Source: Opitutales bacterium
Lineage (GTDB): Bacteria; Verrucomicrobiota; Verrucomicrobiia; Opitutales; UBA953
Assembly: GCA_040398005.1 (NCBI GenBank)
Contig: JBBAUX010000007.1
Coordinates: forward strand, 1-64,000
Reading direction: 5' to 3'
Length of the DNA: 64,000 nt
The notes beneath the pieces are model-generated. The model did no database searches and was not told the origin of the DNA. It saw only the letters and a program-made list of their open reading frames with translations. How positions within the stretch are numbered: position 1 is the stretch's first letter; each line of letters begins with the position of its first letter. A program made the translations under genes and the position numbers. This document shows positions 29,896 through 39,451 of the stretch, one piece after another.

Positions 29896-30654
29896 ATGCT
29901 TTCTGTGAGAATTATACCCTGTCTCGATGTCCATGACGGACGTGTCGTGAAAGGTATTAAATTTCAAGAACTGCGCGATGCGGGTGACCCCGTGGCGATT
30001 GCTGCAGCCTATGAAGCTCAAGGCGCCGATGAACTAGTTTTTTTAGATATTACCGCTTCGAGTGATGGACGTAAGACGATGGTGGATGTAGTCGAGCGTA
30101 CAGCCGACCAAGTTTTCATGCCCTTAACCGTCGGTGGTGGATTACGAACGCTCGAAGATATTCGCACTATGCTTAATGCCGGTGCCGATAAGGTTTCTTT
30201 AAATACCTCTGCCGTCCAAAATCCCGATTTAATTTTACAGGCATCCAAGAAATTCGGCAGTCAATGTATCGTCGTTGCGATTGATGCTAAACGCGTCGGC
30301 AAGAATCATTGGGAAGTTTTTACGCATGGTGGTAGAAATTCTACTGGGATGGACGTACTCGCTTGGGCAAAAAAAATCCAAGAGTACGGTGCCGGAGAGA
30401 TCTTATTAACCAGTATGGATGCGGATGGAACCGCTGCTGGATATGATGTTCAACTTTGTCTACGGGTCGCAGAAATGGTAGAGTTGCCTGTCATCGCCTC
30501 CGGTGGTGCTGGTAAATTAGAACACCTTGCCGATGTCGTAAAGAATGGCCGGGCGAGTGCTGTCTTAGCAGCCAGTATTTTTCACTTTGGAACTTACACC
30601 GTCCGCCAAGCCAAAGAACATTTAAAATCACAGGGGCTGCCTGTGCGTCTTTAA
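29896..30654 (+). CDS. hisF: Imidazole glycerol phosphate synthase cyclase subunit
   Basis: [45 protein letters not shown]. Confidence 0.98.
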   Translation: MLSVRIIPCLDVHDGRVVKGIKFQELRDAGDPVAIAAAYEAQGADELVFLDITASSDGRKTMVDVVERTADQVFMPLTVGGGLRTLEDIRTMLNAGADKVSLNTSAVQNPDLILQASKKFGSQCIVVAIDAKRVGKNHWEVFTHGGRNSTGMDVLAWAKKIQEYGAGEILLTSMDADGTAAGYDVQLCLRVAEMVELPVIASGGAGKLEHLADVVKNGRASAVLAASIFHFGTYTVRQAKEHLKSQGLPVRL

Positions 30655-31955
30655 CTATTCAGTTTAGGCATCACTAAAACTTTGTCCATGCGATGGCCGT
30701 CCATATCCATCACTTCAAAGACATGTCCTAGGCAGTCGATACGATCTCCTTCGACGGGAATGCGTCCGAGTTTTCGCATAATAAATCCTGAGATGGTGGT
30801 AAACCGACGAGACCCTTCATCGGGGAATTTTCCTTTGATGCCTGTAGCTTCCCTGAAGTCCTCGAGTGAAATCATTGCGTCGATAATCCAACTACCATCG
30901 TCGCGTTTACGCACCGGTTTGTTCTGATTGATTGCAGAACCTTCATTCGGAAGTTCACCCATCACCGATTCAAGAACGTCGTTTAAGGTAACGACTCCTC
31001 TTACTTGTCCAAATTCGTCGACGACGAGTGTCAGGTGAATTTTATCCTTACGAAAACGGGCTAAGAGTTGGGTACCGGTAATATTAAGATTCACGGTGGG
31101 TGCTTCGGTCAGCAGGTCTTTGATTTCAGCGGTCCCAACCAGAGATAAATTAGCCCATAGGCGTTTGACGGAAACGACTCCGAGTGGTCGGTCAGCCGAT
31201 TCGCGAAAAACAGGAAACCAGGTGTGTCCTGAGGCGACAATTTTACGCCAATTAATTTCTTCTGGGTCATTTAAATTCAGCCATACCACTCGGCTGCTCG
31301 GTGTCATTAATTGCTCTGCCGTAATTAAGTCTAAGGACAATGCGCCATGTACCATGCGATGCTCAGAGGCATGGAGTACGCCTGAGGCCATGCCTTGATC
31401 GACAATCATGCGTAGCTCATCTTCCGACATGGTGTCCTCTGGTGTGCGTCGACGTCCAAACAGGAGTAAGACTAAATCAGCACAACTACTTAAAAGTATG
31501 ACCAACGGTGAGGAAATAATTGCCACCCACGCCATCGGTCTAGCTAAAGCGGAGGCAATAGATTCTGGTTTAATTAATGCTAAACGTTTTGGTACGATTT
31601 CTGCAAAAACAACGGTGATCGCCCCAATCAAAAAAGAGACAATTGCTTCAGCTAAAACTTGGCTGTGCTCGCTACCCCACTTCCAGGATAATTGAGAGAG
31701 CCAAGGACTTAGTTTTTCAGCAAGAGGATGGCCACCATAGATCGCGGCAATGATGCCCCCGAAGGTCATCCCAATCTGAACGGTTGAAAGAAATTTATTA
31801 GGATCGGTAATTAAGCTGAGAGCTTTCTGGGCACCGGCATCTCCGTTTTCAGCTAATTTTGCGAGACGTCGACGATTGGAGGACACCAAAGCCATTTCTG
31901 CCATTACGAAAAAAGCCGTAATTAGTACACAAATGCTGATGAGAACATATTCCAC
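30651..31955 (-). CDS. HlyC/CorC-family (CNNM, 2xCBS, CorC) membrane protein
   Basis: [40 protein letters not shown]. Confidence 0.93.
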   Translation of the reverse strand: MEYVLISICVLITAFFVMAEMALVSSNRRRLAKLAENGDAGAQKALSLITDPNKFLSTVQIGMTFGGIIAAIYGGHPLAEKLSPWLSQLSWKWGSEHSQVLAEAIVSFLIGAITVVFAEIVPKRLALIKPESIASALARPMAWVAIISSPLVILLSSCADLVLLLFGRRRTPEDTMSEDELRMIVDQGMASGVLHASEHRMVHGALSLDLITAEQLMTPSSRVVWLNLNDPEEINWRKIVASGHTWFPVFRESADRPLGVVSVKRLWANLSLVGTAEIKDLLTEAPTVNLNITGTQLLARFRKDKIHLTLVVDEFGQVRGVVTLNDVLESVMGELPNEGSAINQNKPVRKRDDGSWIIDAMISLEDFREATGIKGKFPDEGSRRFTTISGFIMRKLGRIPVEGDRIDCLGHVFEVMDMDGHRMDKVLVMPKLNS

Positions 31956-32035
31956 AGGGTCGATTAAATGAAGATTGTGACTAATTCGTCAAATCTCGCT
32001 TGTTGATAGTCGAGTAAACCGTAGATTTTCCACGA

Positions 32036-33646
32036 ATGGCTAAGCAATTCGACGCAATTATTATTGGTAGTGGCATTGGGGGGCTCAGTTTCGCCCTCAA
32101 TTTAGCCCGCTATGGCCGTTCCGTTGCGGTGGTAACCAAGAAGACCAGTAGCGAATCCAATACCAATTGGGCGCAAGGTGGCATCGCTTGTGTGACGGAC
32201 AAGACGGATGATTTCATGAGTCACGTCAATGACACGCTGACGGCGGGCGATGGCTTGTGCGAACTCGATGTCGTAAAACATATTATTGAGTCGGGACCTG
32301 CGCGCGTCGCTGAACTCATTGAATGGGGAGTGAAATTTGAAAACGGTGCTGATGGAAATCCTGATTTAGGTCGGGAAGGTGGACACTCTAAACGACGCAT
32401 CCTTCATGCCCGTGATATGACCGGTCGCGCCATAGAGTCAGCACTCATTCGTGCAGTAAATTTACAAAAGAATATCACTATTCTCGAACACCATTTAGCG
32501 ATTGATTTAATTACTTTATCAAAAATTCAGAACTCCAGCGTGAACACTTCAGAAGATCGAGTGGTCGGGGTTCACGTTTTAAATACTCAACAAGGTAAGG
32601 TTGAAACTTTGTCAGCGACGGTTGTCGTCTTAGCCACGGGCGGAATCGGTCAGGTGTATCAATTCACGACGAATCCAGATATCGCTACGGGCGATGGTAT
32701 CGCGATGGCCTATCGCGCTGGAGCTGAAATCCGCGACATGGAAATGGTGCAATTCCACCCCACGGCCTTAAAGTCGTCGGATGGTAGTCGCGCCCTGATT
32801 TCTGAAGCGGTCCGTGGCGAAGGTGCGATTTTACGCGATATGAATGGCCGAGCATTCATGAAAGATTTCCATCCTCTGGGCGATTTAGCACCACGCGATG
32901 TGGTTGCTCGGGCAATTGACTCGGTCATGAAACGCGATGGTGCGCCCCACGTCCTACTGGATATCACCAAAGTCGCCCAAGGACATTTGCCCGAACGTTT
33001 TCCGCATATTTATGCCACGTGTCTCAAAGCGGGTTTTGATTTAACTAAAGATTATATTCCAGTAGTTCCTGCGGCACACTATCTGTGTGGCGGTGTCACG
33101 ACGGATCTGAGTGGTCGGACCACCTTACCTGGTCTTTATGCGGTAGGCGAAGTGGCTAGTACCGGACTCCACGGTGCAAACCGATTGGCTTCTAATTCAC
33201 TACTCGAAGCCGTGGTGTTAGCGCACGATGGAGCAGCGGCTGCGGATAGTGATATTAAAAATAAAACTAGCGTTAACTTTACTCTACCGGCGTGGGTTGA
33301 TGGTGCCTTGGGCGATCCCGATGAACGTGTAGTCTTAACTCACAATTGGGATGAACTCCGCCGAACCATGTGGGACTACGTGGGCATCGTGCGTTCCACC
33401 AAGCGCTTAAAACGGGCCCAAACACGGATTCGTACCCTGAGCGAAGAAGTCCGCGAATATTACTGGAACTTCAAAGTGGAACCGCGCTTACTCGAACTGC
33501 GAAATCTTATTCAAGTGGCAGAACTGATTATTGATTGTGCGCTGCAACGTCATGAAAGTAGAGGTCTGCATTACACATTAGATTTTCCGACCCAAAGTAA
33601 GTCGATTGTGCACTCGATGGTTCGCCGAAATCTGAATATAAAATGA
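32036..33646 (+). CDS. nadB: L-aspartate oxidase
   Basis: GSGIGG, AQGGIA, EGGHS.RRI, QFHPT, SEAVRGEG, HGANRLASNSL, ESRGLH. Confidence 0.97.
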   Translation: MAKQFDAIIIGSGIGGLSFALNLARYGRSVAVVTKKTSSESNTNWAQGGIACVTDKTDDFMSHVNDTLTAGDGLCELDVVKHIIESGPARVAELIEWGVKFENGADGNPDLGREGGHSKRRILHARDMTGRAIESALIRAVNLQKNITILEHHLAIDLITLSKIQNSSVNTSEDRVVGVHVLNTQQGKVETLSATVVVLATGGIGQVYQFTTNPDIATGDGIAMAYRAGAEIRDMEMVQFHPTALKSSDGSRALISEAVRGEGAILRDMNGRAFMKDFHPLGDLAPRDVVARAIDSVMKRDGAPHVLLDITKVAQGHLPERFPHIYATCLKAGFDLTKDYIPVVPAAHYLCGGVTTDLSGRTTLPGLYAVGEVASTGLHGANRLASNSLLEAVVLAHDGAAAADSDIKNKTSVNFTLPAWVDGALGDPDERVVLTHNWDELRRTMWDYVGIVRSTKRLKRAQTRIRTLSEEVREYYWNFKVEPRLLELRNLIQVAELIIDCALQRHESRGLHYTLDFPTQSKSIVHSMVRRNLNIK

Positions 33647-34566
33647 AAATTGCAATTGTTGGAGCGGGAGCCGTCGGCGGCTGGTATGGAGGGCTATTAG
33701 CTTTGCAGGGGCATGAAGTCTATTTCGTGACTCGACGAGATTATGAAATCATTAATCGGAATGGATTGTGCATGCGCGATGCCAAGGGGGATCAGATGGT
33801 TAAGATCACGAAAGCCTATCCAGACTGCACTGCGATTGGCATTTGTGATTTGATTGTGATCGCCGCTAAATCGACTGCTAATCACACCCTGCCCGATTTC
33901 ATAAAATCTTTGATTGGTCAAAATACAGTTCTGCTTACTTTGCAAAATGGCATGGGAAATTGTGAGACCTTTGCGTCCATTATTCCTGCTGAGAGAATCG
34001 TCGCAGGCCTTTGTTTTGTTTGTATCAATCGTCTTAGCCCAGGGGTCGTAGAAAATACCCATGCCGGTTATGTTCGCATGGCCTCAGCGTACGGTCCGCC
34101 CAGCGACTCCGTTAAGCAATGCGTAGAACTATTTACTGATGCCGGCACCGATTGTCAGTCCGAACTGTCACTCGATGCGGTGTTATGGAAAAAGCTTTGT
34201 TGGAATATTCCCTTTAACGGTTTGGCCATCGCGGCGGGTGGAATCACCACCGACAAAATTATGGCTAATGATTTATTGCGTGAGCGGGCGATTGAACTGA
34301 TGAAAGAAGTACAGGCAGCCGCGGCGGCTTGTGGGGTGCCGTTCAAGGATGAACATATTGAGCGACAATTGAAAGTGACGACGGGGATGGGTGCCTACCG
34401 ACCTTCGAGTTTGATCGATTACTTGGAAGGACGAGACGTAGAAGTCGTCGGCCTTTGGGGTGAACCGCTTCGCCGTGGGCAAGCTGCGGGCGTCAACATG
34501 CCTCAACTCTCTCAATTAAAAACTGAGATAGAATTAAAACTAAAGGCTCGCGCGCAGCTTACTTAG
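33643..34566 (+). CDS. panE: 2-dehydropantoate 2-reductase (ApbA/PanE family)
   Basis: GAGAVG, LQNGMG, WKKLCWNIPFN, SSLID...E. Confidence 0.88.
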   Translation: MKIAIVGAGAVGGWYGGLLALQGHEVYFVTRRDYEIINRNGLCMRDAKGDQMVKITKAYPDCTAIGICDLIVIAAKSTANHTLPDFIKSLIGQNTVLLTLQNGMGNCETFASIIPAERIVAGLCFVCINRLSPGVVENTHAGYVRMASAYGPPSDSVKQCVELFTDAGTDCQSELSLDAVLWKKLCWNIPFNGLAIAAGGITTDKIMANDLLRERAIELMKEVQAAAAACGVPFKDEHIERQLKVTTGMGAYRPSSLIDYLEGRDVEVVGLWGEPLRRGQAAGVNMPQLSQLKTEIELKLKARAQLT

Positions 34567-35023
34567 TGGGCGCTGTAACGACGGGCAATTGTGACAAAAC
34601 ACTGTCTACAGCGGCCGCGGTTTTGGCCACGCTCCAGAAACTGATCGGAACAGCTGAACCAGAATCACCCGAGAATACTCTTTGTCCCTGTTTGTTGAAA
34701 AGACTCATCGAAAGTGAAATGGAAATTTCATCTTTTCGGAGATTATTTCCGTTGTTGGAAATGCGCCAAGTACTGCGGAGAGTTGCATCGGCCTCGGCTT
34801 TAGACTGAGTGACCGTATAACCATGACTTCTTAGTTCGCCTTCAGCTGTTTCAATAACGGTTGAGTTAAATTGCACGGCATTTGAAAAATCCGATGTCTG
34901 TGGAGCCTCGATGTAAACTTTGGTGAAGTTAATCGATTTTTGAGTTCTAGGGCTGGAACTGCATCCGATAAATGAAAATGCAATTAAAACTAAAGCTAAG
35001 GGAGTAAACCTGGTGAAGTGCAT
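34559..35023 (-). CDS. Hypothetical lipoprotein
   Basis: Signal peptide with FIGC lipobox. Confidence 0.7.
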   Translation of the reverse strand: MHFTRFTPLALVLIAFSFIGCSSSPRTQKSINFTKVYIEAPQTSDFSNAVQFNSTVIETAEGELRSHGYTVTQSKAEADATLRSTWRISNNGNNLRKDEISISLSMSLFNKQGQRVFSGDSGSAVPISFWSVAKTAAAVDSVLSQLPVVTAPTK

Positions 35024-35143
35024 AAGTTGTGTATGACTGAGGCTGGAAATTTAACAAGTCGAGAGATAGGGTCAACTCATACAAATATTAGTTATTGCTG
35101 ATAATATTGAATAAAAACATAAAAAATTGAACTTTAGAGAGTT

Positions 35144-36199
35144 ATGCGTGCCTTAAAAGCCATCACCTTAGATTTAGTCGGAACCCTACTGACGCCCTAC
35201 CCTTCGGTCGGTACGGTCTATGCCGATGCCGCTGAGAAATGCGGAGTAACTATTCCTGCAAAATTAATTAACGAACAATTTCCGGCAGCCTTTAAAAGTG
35301 TTTCATCAAAACTAAAGCCCGAAGCGTTTTGGAAAGAAGTGGTTGTCCGATCCCTTGGTGATGATCTGCCTTATGAAAAAAGAGAGGAAGTCGCCGAAAA
35401 ATGTTGGACGGCTTTTGCTTCAGCTAAGTCTTGGAAACTCACTCCGGGATCCATTAGTTCGCTCACCGCGCTTCGTTTTTTGGGATTAAAGGTATGTGTA
35501 CTTTCCAATACTGATGCCAGGATTCATAATGTCTTACGCGAACTCGATCTGCTCAAATTTATCGACCAAGTGTTTTTAGCCGATGAAATCGGCTATCGAA
35601 AACCAGATGCGCGGGCTTTTCAGCATGTGTCACGCACTCTACAAATCCCCATTAACCAACTCGCGCATATCGGGGATAATCCTGATGAAGATGGTATCGG
35701 GGCACGCGATGCGGGTGTTTTAGGTATCGTGGTTGGTGGTCGTCATGCCCCTGAAAATTGCCTACGTGCCGAAAAACTGGAGGAGATTCCCTATGTTGTA
35801 AGGGCTGTTTTAACCGAGGGTAAAAAGAAAGGACGCTTTTCCAGAAATGTGATTAATCTCTTAGCGAACTTACGTGGACTACCTGAAGACAAGGGTCGAT
35901 CCACGTTTCGTCAGAGTGTATCCATCGATGATGCGGTCACACAGGCTTTCCGAAAGCTGCGACTCGACAAACCTGTACCCGAGGATGCGATTGTCGCCTC
36001 ATGGAGTAAATTGCTACCTCTCAAGCTGGCACGACGCTGTGCGCCCTTGCGAGTCATCGAAGACGGCCGACTGATTATTCAATGCGAAAGCGCCGTGATT
36101 AAATCTGAAGCTAGATTTTTCGAGAAAAGTTTATTGCTAAAAATCCGTGAGCTTCCTGGCTGTCGCCAAGTTAAAGCGATTTCCTGGGTTACGGCTTAG
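35144..36199 (+). CDS. HAD-superfamily hydrolase (IA) fused to a C-terminal DUF721/DciA-like domain
   Basis: DLVGTL, LSNTD, KPD and HIGDN..ED HAD motifs up to about residue 215; the C-terminal ~120 aa (W..LL...LA......GRLIIQCES) is DUF721-like. Confidence 0.75.
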   Translation: MRALKAITLDLVGTLLTPYPSVGTVYADAAEKCGVTIPAKLINEQFPAAFKSVSSKLKPEAFWKEVVVRSLGDDLPYEKREEVAEKCWTAFASAKSWKLTPGSISSLTALRFLGLKVCVLSNTDARIHNVLRELDLLKFIDQVFLADEIGYRKPDARAFQHVSRTLQIPINQLAHIGDNPDEDGIGARDAGVLGIVVGGRHAPENCLRAEKLEEIPYVVRAVLTEGKKKGRFSRNVINLLANLRGLPEDKGRSTFRQSVSIDDAVTQAFRKLRLDKPVPEDAIVASWSKLLPLKLARRCAPLRVIEDGRLIIQCESAVIKSEARFFEKSLLLKIRELPGCRQVKAISWVTA

Positions 36200-36593
36200 G
36201 AAGCTTTTCTTTAGGCTCAAAGGGTTTTAAAAATGTTTCCTTGAAGTCGTAGATATTGACGAAGTCCTCGATTTTATCTTCGGGAGAACGTCCAAAAAGC
36301 CCTGTATTTATGATGTTAAAGACGATGTTACCGACATCGACACTCTTCTTGATGCCCCAGTTACTTAACAAAGCAAAGGAGAGGGGTCCGTACGTTTCTA
36401 AGGTGTGTTGACGAAGACCGTCTAAGAGTTCTTGGCCTGTGACGTGACGATTAGCTTTCTTACTCCCCTTTTTTTCTTCGCCGTGAACTTTTTTTTGCGC
36501 GGCATCTAACGCCATGCGTACGAGGTGATAAGACTGCGGACTATAACGCGGGTCTTTTTCGTGACAAAGTTTAATCGCTTCTTCAAAATTCAT
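36189..36593 (-). CDS. Conserved PVC-superphylum protein (Minf_1886-like family)
   Basis: DPRY...Y..V...L, HVTGQELL.G......YGPL...L..WGI....DVGNIVF, DKIEDF. Confidence 0.8.
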   Translation of the reverse strand: MNFEEAIKLCHEKDPRYSPQSYHLVRMALDAAQKKVHGEEKKGSKKANRHVTGQELLDGLRQHTLETYGPLSFALLSNWGIKKSVDVGNIVFNIINTGLFGRSPEDKIEDFVNIYDFKETFLKPFEPKEKLPKP

Positions 36594-36594
36594 A

Positions 36595-37683
36595 TTAAAG
36601 TTTTTTAAGCTCATCGAGGAGGCGAGCATTCTGAGCTTCGGTGCCGATGGTGAGTCGAAGCCAGCCGGTCATGCCGTAACCTTTGAGCGGGCGGACGATG
36701 ACTCCGACTTTCTGTAGTTTCACAAAGGCTTCTTCAGCATTAGGAATTTGGGCGGCTAAGAAGTTCGCTTTGCCGTCGATATATTTAAAACCCAATGCAT
36801 TGAGCCCTTGGCTCATTTGTTTAATACCTTCAGCATTAATTCTCTTACTTTTATTAAGAAACTCTTGATCATCTAAAGCGGCTTCGGCGGCGGCGAGCGC
36901 TGGCAAGTTCACATTAAATGGTTGGCGCGCACGATTAAGTATTTCGCAAACCTCGCTCGAGCCCATCAGGTAGCCCACGCGTAGTCCGGCTAAGCCATAA
37001 GCTTTGGAGAACGTTCGAGTAACGACGATTTTCCGTCCGCCCTTGATCAGTTCGCGCAAGTCCGCGGATGAATCTAAATACTCGGTGTAAGCTTCATCTA
37101 AACAAAAGATAACATGGTCGGGTAGTGATTTCGCTAAATCAACAATGTCTTGGGGATTGTCCGTTCCGCCCGTAGGATTGTTCGGACTGGCTAAAAATAA
37201 AATACGCGTTTTGTCGGTTACCGCTGCCCGCATCGCTTTCAAATCGTGACAGAAATTCGGCATGGGTACTTCGACCGGTGTAGCCCCCTGCATGAGGGTC
37301 GCTAATTTATAAACGACGAAAGCTTGTGATCCAAAAATAACTTCGCTGCCGGGTCGCAAGAAAGCTTGAGCTAAGAGAATCATGACTTCGTTGGAACCAT
37401 TACCGATGACAAACTGATTCGGCTGCATGGACCAGGTTTTTGCTAGTTTTTCGCGAAGGAATGTCGAACTACCATCGGGATAAAGGTGGGCTGAGTCTAA
37501 AGCTTTTTTGGCCGCGGCCAGTCCCAGGGGCGATGGGCCTAAGGGATTTTCATTCGAGGCTAATTTAATAACGGAACTAGGATCGAGACCGAATTCCCGG
37601 GCCACCACTTCAATAGGACGCCCAGCCTCGTAGACTGGCTGAGAGAGCACCTGATGATTGGCCAATTCGGAATAGGTCGGCAT
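36595..37683 (-). CDS. hisC: Histidinol-phosphate aminotransferase
   Basis: KLASNENP, GNGSNE, PNNPTG, DEAY, RTFSKAYGLAGLRVG; start set at MPTYSE. Confidence 0.94.
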   Translation of the reverse strand: MPTYSELANHQVLSQPVYEAGRPIEVVAREFGLDPSSVIKLASNENPLGPSPLGLAAAKKALDSAHLYPDGSSTFLREKLAKTWSMQPNQFVIGNGSNEVMILLAQAFLRPGSEVIFGSQAFVVYKLATLMQGATPVEVPMPNFCHDLKAMRAAVTDKTRILFLASPNNPTGGTDNPQDIVDLAKSLPDHVIFCLDEAYTEYLDSSADLRELIKGGRKIVVTRTFSKAYGLAGLRVGYLMGSSEVCEILNRARQPFNVNLPALAAAEAALDDQEFLNKSKRINAEGIKQMSQGLNALGFKYIDGKANFLAAQIPNAEEAFVKLQKVGVIVRPLKGYGMTGWLRLTIGTEAQNARLLDELKKL

Positions 37684-37776
37684 AAAGTTATATAACAAAC
37701 CATTCTTGGCAATTTGGCAAGCGTCGGAACGCCCTCCCCGCTTGCTTAAATCAGTTTTTTTATATTTGTTTGAAGC

Positions 37777-38742
37777 ATGCGAATTATCGTTACAGGAGCT
37801 ACCGGTTTTCTGGGGCGGGCTGTAGTCGAGGCCGCCCAACGCCGAGGGCATGATGTTTTAGCCATTGGCGGAAAGAATACACTCTATCTCAGTGAGCCCG
37901 TTCGCTTTTTGCAGATGAATCTCTGCGACGAGGTAAAATTACAATCGCTCATGCTGGAAGAGTTTCCCCAAGCCGTAATCAATTGTGCAGGATTAACCAA
38001 GGTACATGATTGTGAGTCCAACCAAGAATTAGCGACGCAACTCAATGAGCATTTGCCCAAAAAATTAGCACAACTTTGTTTCCACGTGGGCGGAAAACTT
38101 ATCCATTTTTCGACGGACATGGTCTTTGATGGCCAGACCGGTAAATATGGTCACACCGATCAGCCTCGACCGCTCAACACTTACGCCTCAACCAAGGCGG
38201 CAGGCGAAGTCGCAGTCCTGAATTACGGTAGAGAACATTCGGCAGTCGTTCGAACTTCTGTTCTCAATGGCAATTCTTTCACCGGACGATTCTCACTGCA
38301 TGAGCGACTTTTTCATGAGTGGGCTACCGGTAAGGTCAGTTCACTATATACCGACGAAATTCGTCAACCCGTCTCGTACAGTAATCTTGCCGATGTCGCC
38401 GTAGAGTTATGTGAGAGAACGACACTCAATGGCGTTTATCACTGGGCGGGATTAGATGCACTCAGTCGTTATTCAATCGGCCAAAAAATCGCAGAACACT
38501 TTGGTCTAAATCCTGAAAAATTAATTAAGCCGATTACACGCGAAAACGTGACCGACGACCCCCTGCGTCCCCGTAATCTTAGCTTATTACTTCACCCCTT
38601 GGCTGGTAAGCTGAGGACCCCTGCGCAGACATTTAGCGACCAATTAGGCGAATTACGTGTGCCACGCGGCTGTGAAGACTGGTATGAAAAGGAAACTGGG
38701 CGAAAGGTCGTGCGTTTACTTCAGAAGTCGTTAGATTATTAA
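37777..38742 (+). CDS. RmlD-like extended SDR (dTDP-4-dehydrorhamnose reductase family)
   Basis: TGATGFLG, INCAG, HFSTDMVFDG, YASTK. Confidence 0.85.
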   Translation: MRIIVTGATGFLGRAVVEAAQRRGHDVLAIGGKNTLYLSEPVRFLQMNLCDEVKLQSLMLEEFPQAVINCAGLTKVHDCESNQELATQLNEHLPKKLAQLCFHVGGKLIHFSTDMVFDGQTGKYGHTDQPRPLNTYASTKAAGEVAVLNYGREHSAVVRTSVLNGNSFTGRFSLHERLFHEWATGKVSSLYTDEIRQPVSYSNLADVAVELCERTTLNGVYHWAGLDALSRYSIGQKIAEHFGLNPEKLIKPITRENVTDDPLRPRNLSLLLHPLAGKLRTPAQTFSDQLGELRVPRGCEDWYEKETGRKVVRLLQKSLDY

Positions 38743-38743
38743 T

Positions 38744-39451
38744 ATGGATGTACTACCTCGCGAATGGTGCACTGCCGTAACCAATATGTCGGCCAATCTT
38801 CTGTTGCTCGATCATTATCCGCATCCGAAAAATATCCGCTTTCGTCCCTTTGCTTGGTCAGAACCTGCTTACACTTTTGGAGTTTCCCAGGACTGGAAAA
38901 AATATCGCGCAGTGGTACCTCCCCAAATGCCGCTGATTCGTCGCTCAACAGGGGGCGGTTTAGTCTCGCATTTAGAGGATTGGACATTTGCCATCGTCAT
39001 TCCCATCGAGCACCCGCTGTACAAATCAGGTACACAAGAAGCTTATGAAACTGTACACCAAGCGCTTCTCGAATGTCTCTTAGCTCAAAATCTAAAAGTT
39101 AAATTAGTACCGTTACCCTCTGCGCAAAGAGAATTCAAAGCACCGGATGAATGCGAGCATCATGCCGAGCCCCATGATTTGGTCTTGGTTGAGGATAATC
39201 GTAAAGTCGCTGGTGCGGCCCAAAAGCGTAATCGAAACGGCATTTTAATCGAAGGTTACATTTCACGCACGCTTTTAGCGGGCTGCGACTGGGAACTTTT
39301 TGCTGAAGAATTTCCGAAAGTTCTCGGTAAGGCGCTCAAGAGTGAACCAGTCAATGTCCACACTCCGATTTACGATCAATCACACCACGAAGGCTGTTGG
39401 GCTAAGTTTAATTCGTGCAGTTGGAATGAGCACCGAGACTTACCCGAATAA
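38744..39451 (+). CDS. Lipoate-protein ligase / octanoyltransferase family (LplA/LipM-like)
   Basis: RRSTGGGLVSH, RKVAGAAQ. Confidence 0.82.
   Translation: MDVLPREWCTAVTNMSANLLLLDHYPHPKNIRFRPFAWSEPAYTFGVSQDWKKYRAVVPPQMPLIRRSTGGGLVSHLEDWTFAIVIPIEHPLYKSGTQEAYETVHQALLECLLAQNLKVKLVPLPSAQREFKAPDECEHHAEPHDLVLVEDNRKVAGAAQKRNRNGILIEGYISRTLLAGCDWELFAEEFPKVLGKALKSEPVNVHTPIYDQSHHEGCWAKFNSCSWNEHRDLPE

Noticed and set aside
35026..35130. Inverted repeats (TGTATGA...TCATACA; AATATTA...TAATATT) as a candidate ncRNA
   Set aside because: Short AT-rich arms in a divergent promoter region; they match no RNA family I recognise and are compatible with chance
37684..37851. N-terminal extension of the hisC ORF (similarly for hisS, mrdA, trpC, panD, lutC and Nudix)
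   Set aside because: These extensions overlap neighbouring genes or promoters, and family similarity starts at a later Met, so starts were trimmed
37777..38742. RmlD-like SDR as part of the rhamnose catabolic system
   Set aside because: It lies 13 kb away among unrelated genes, belongs to a biosynthetic-type family, and has no rmlABC nearby
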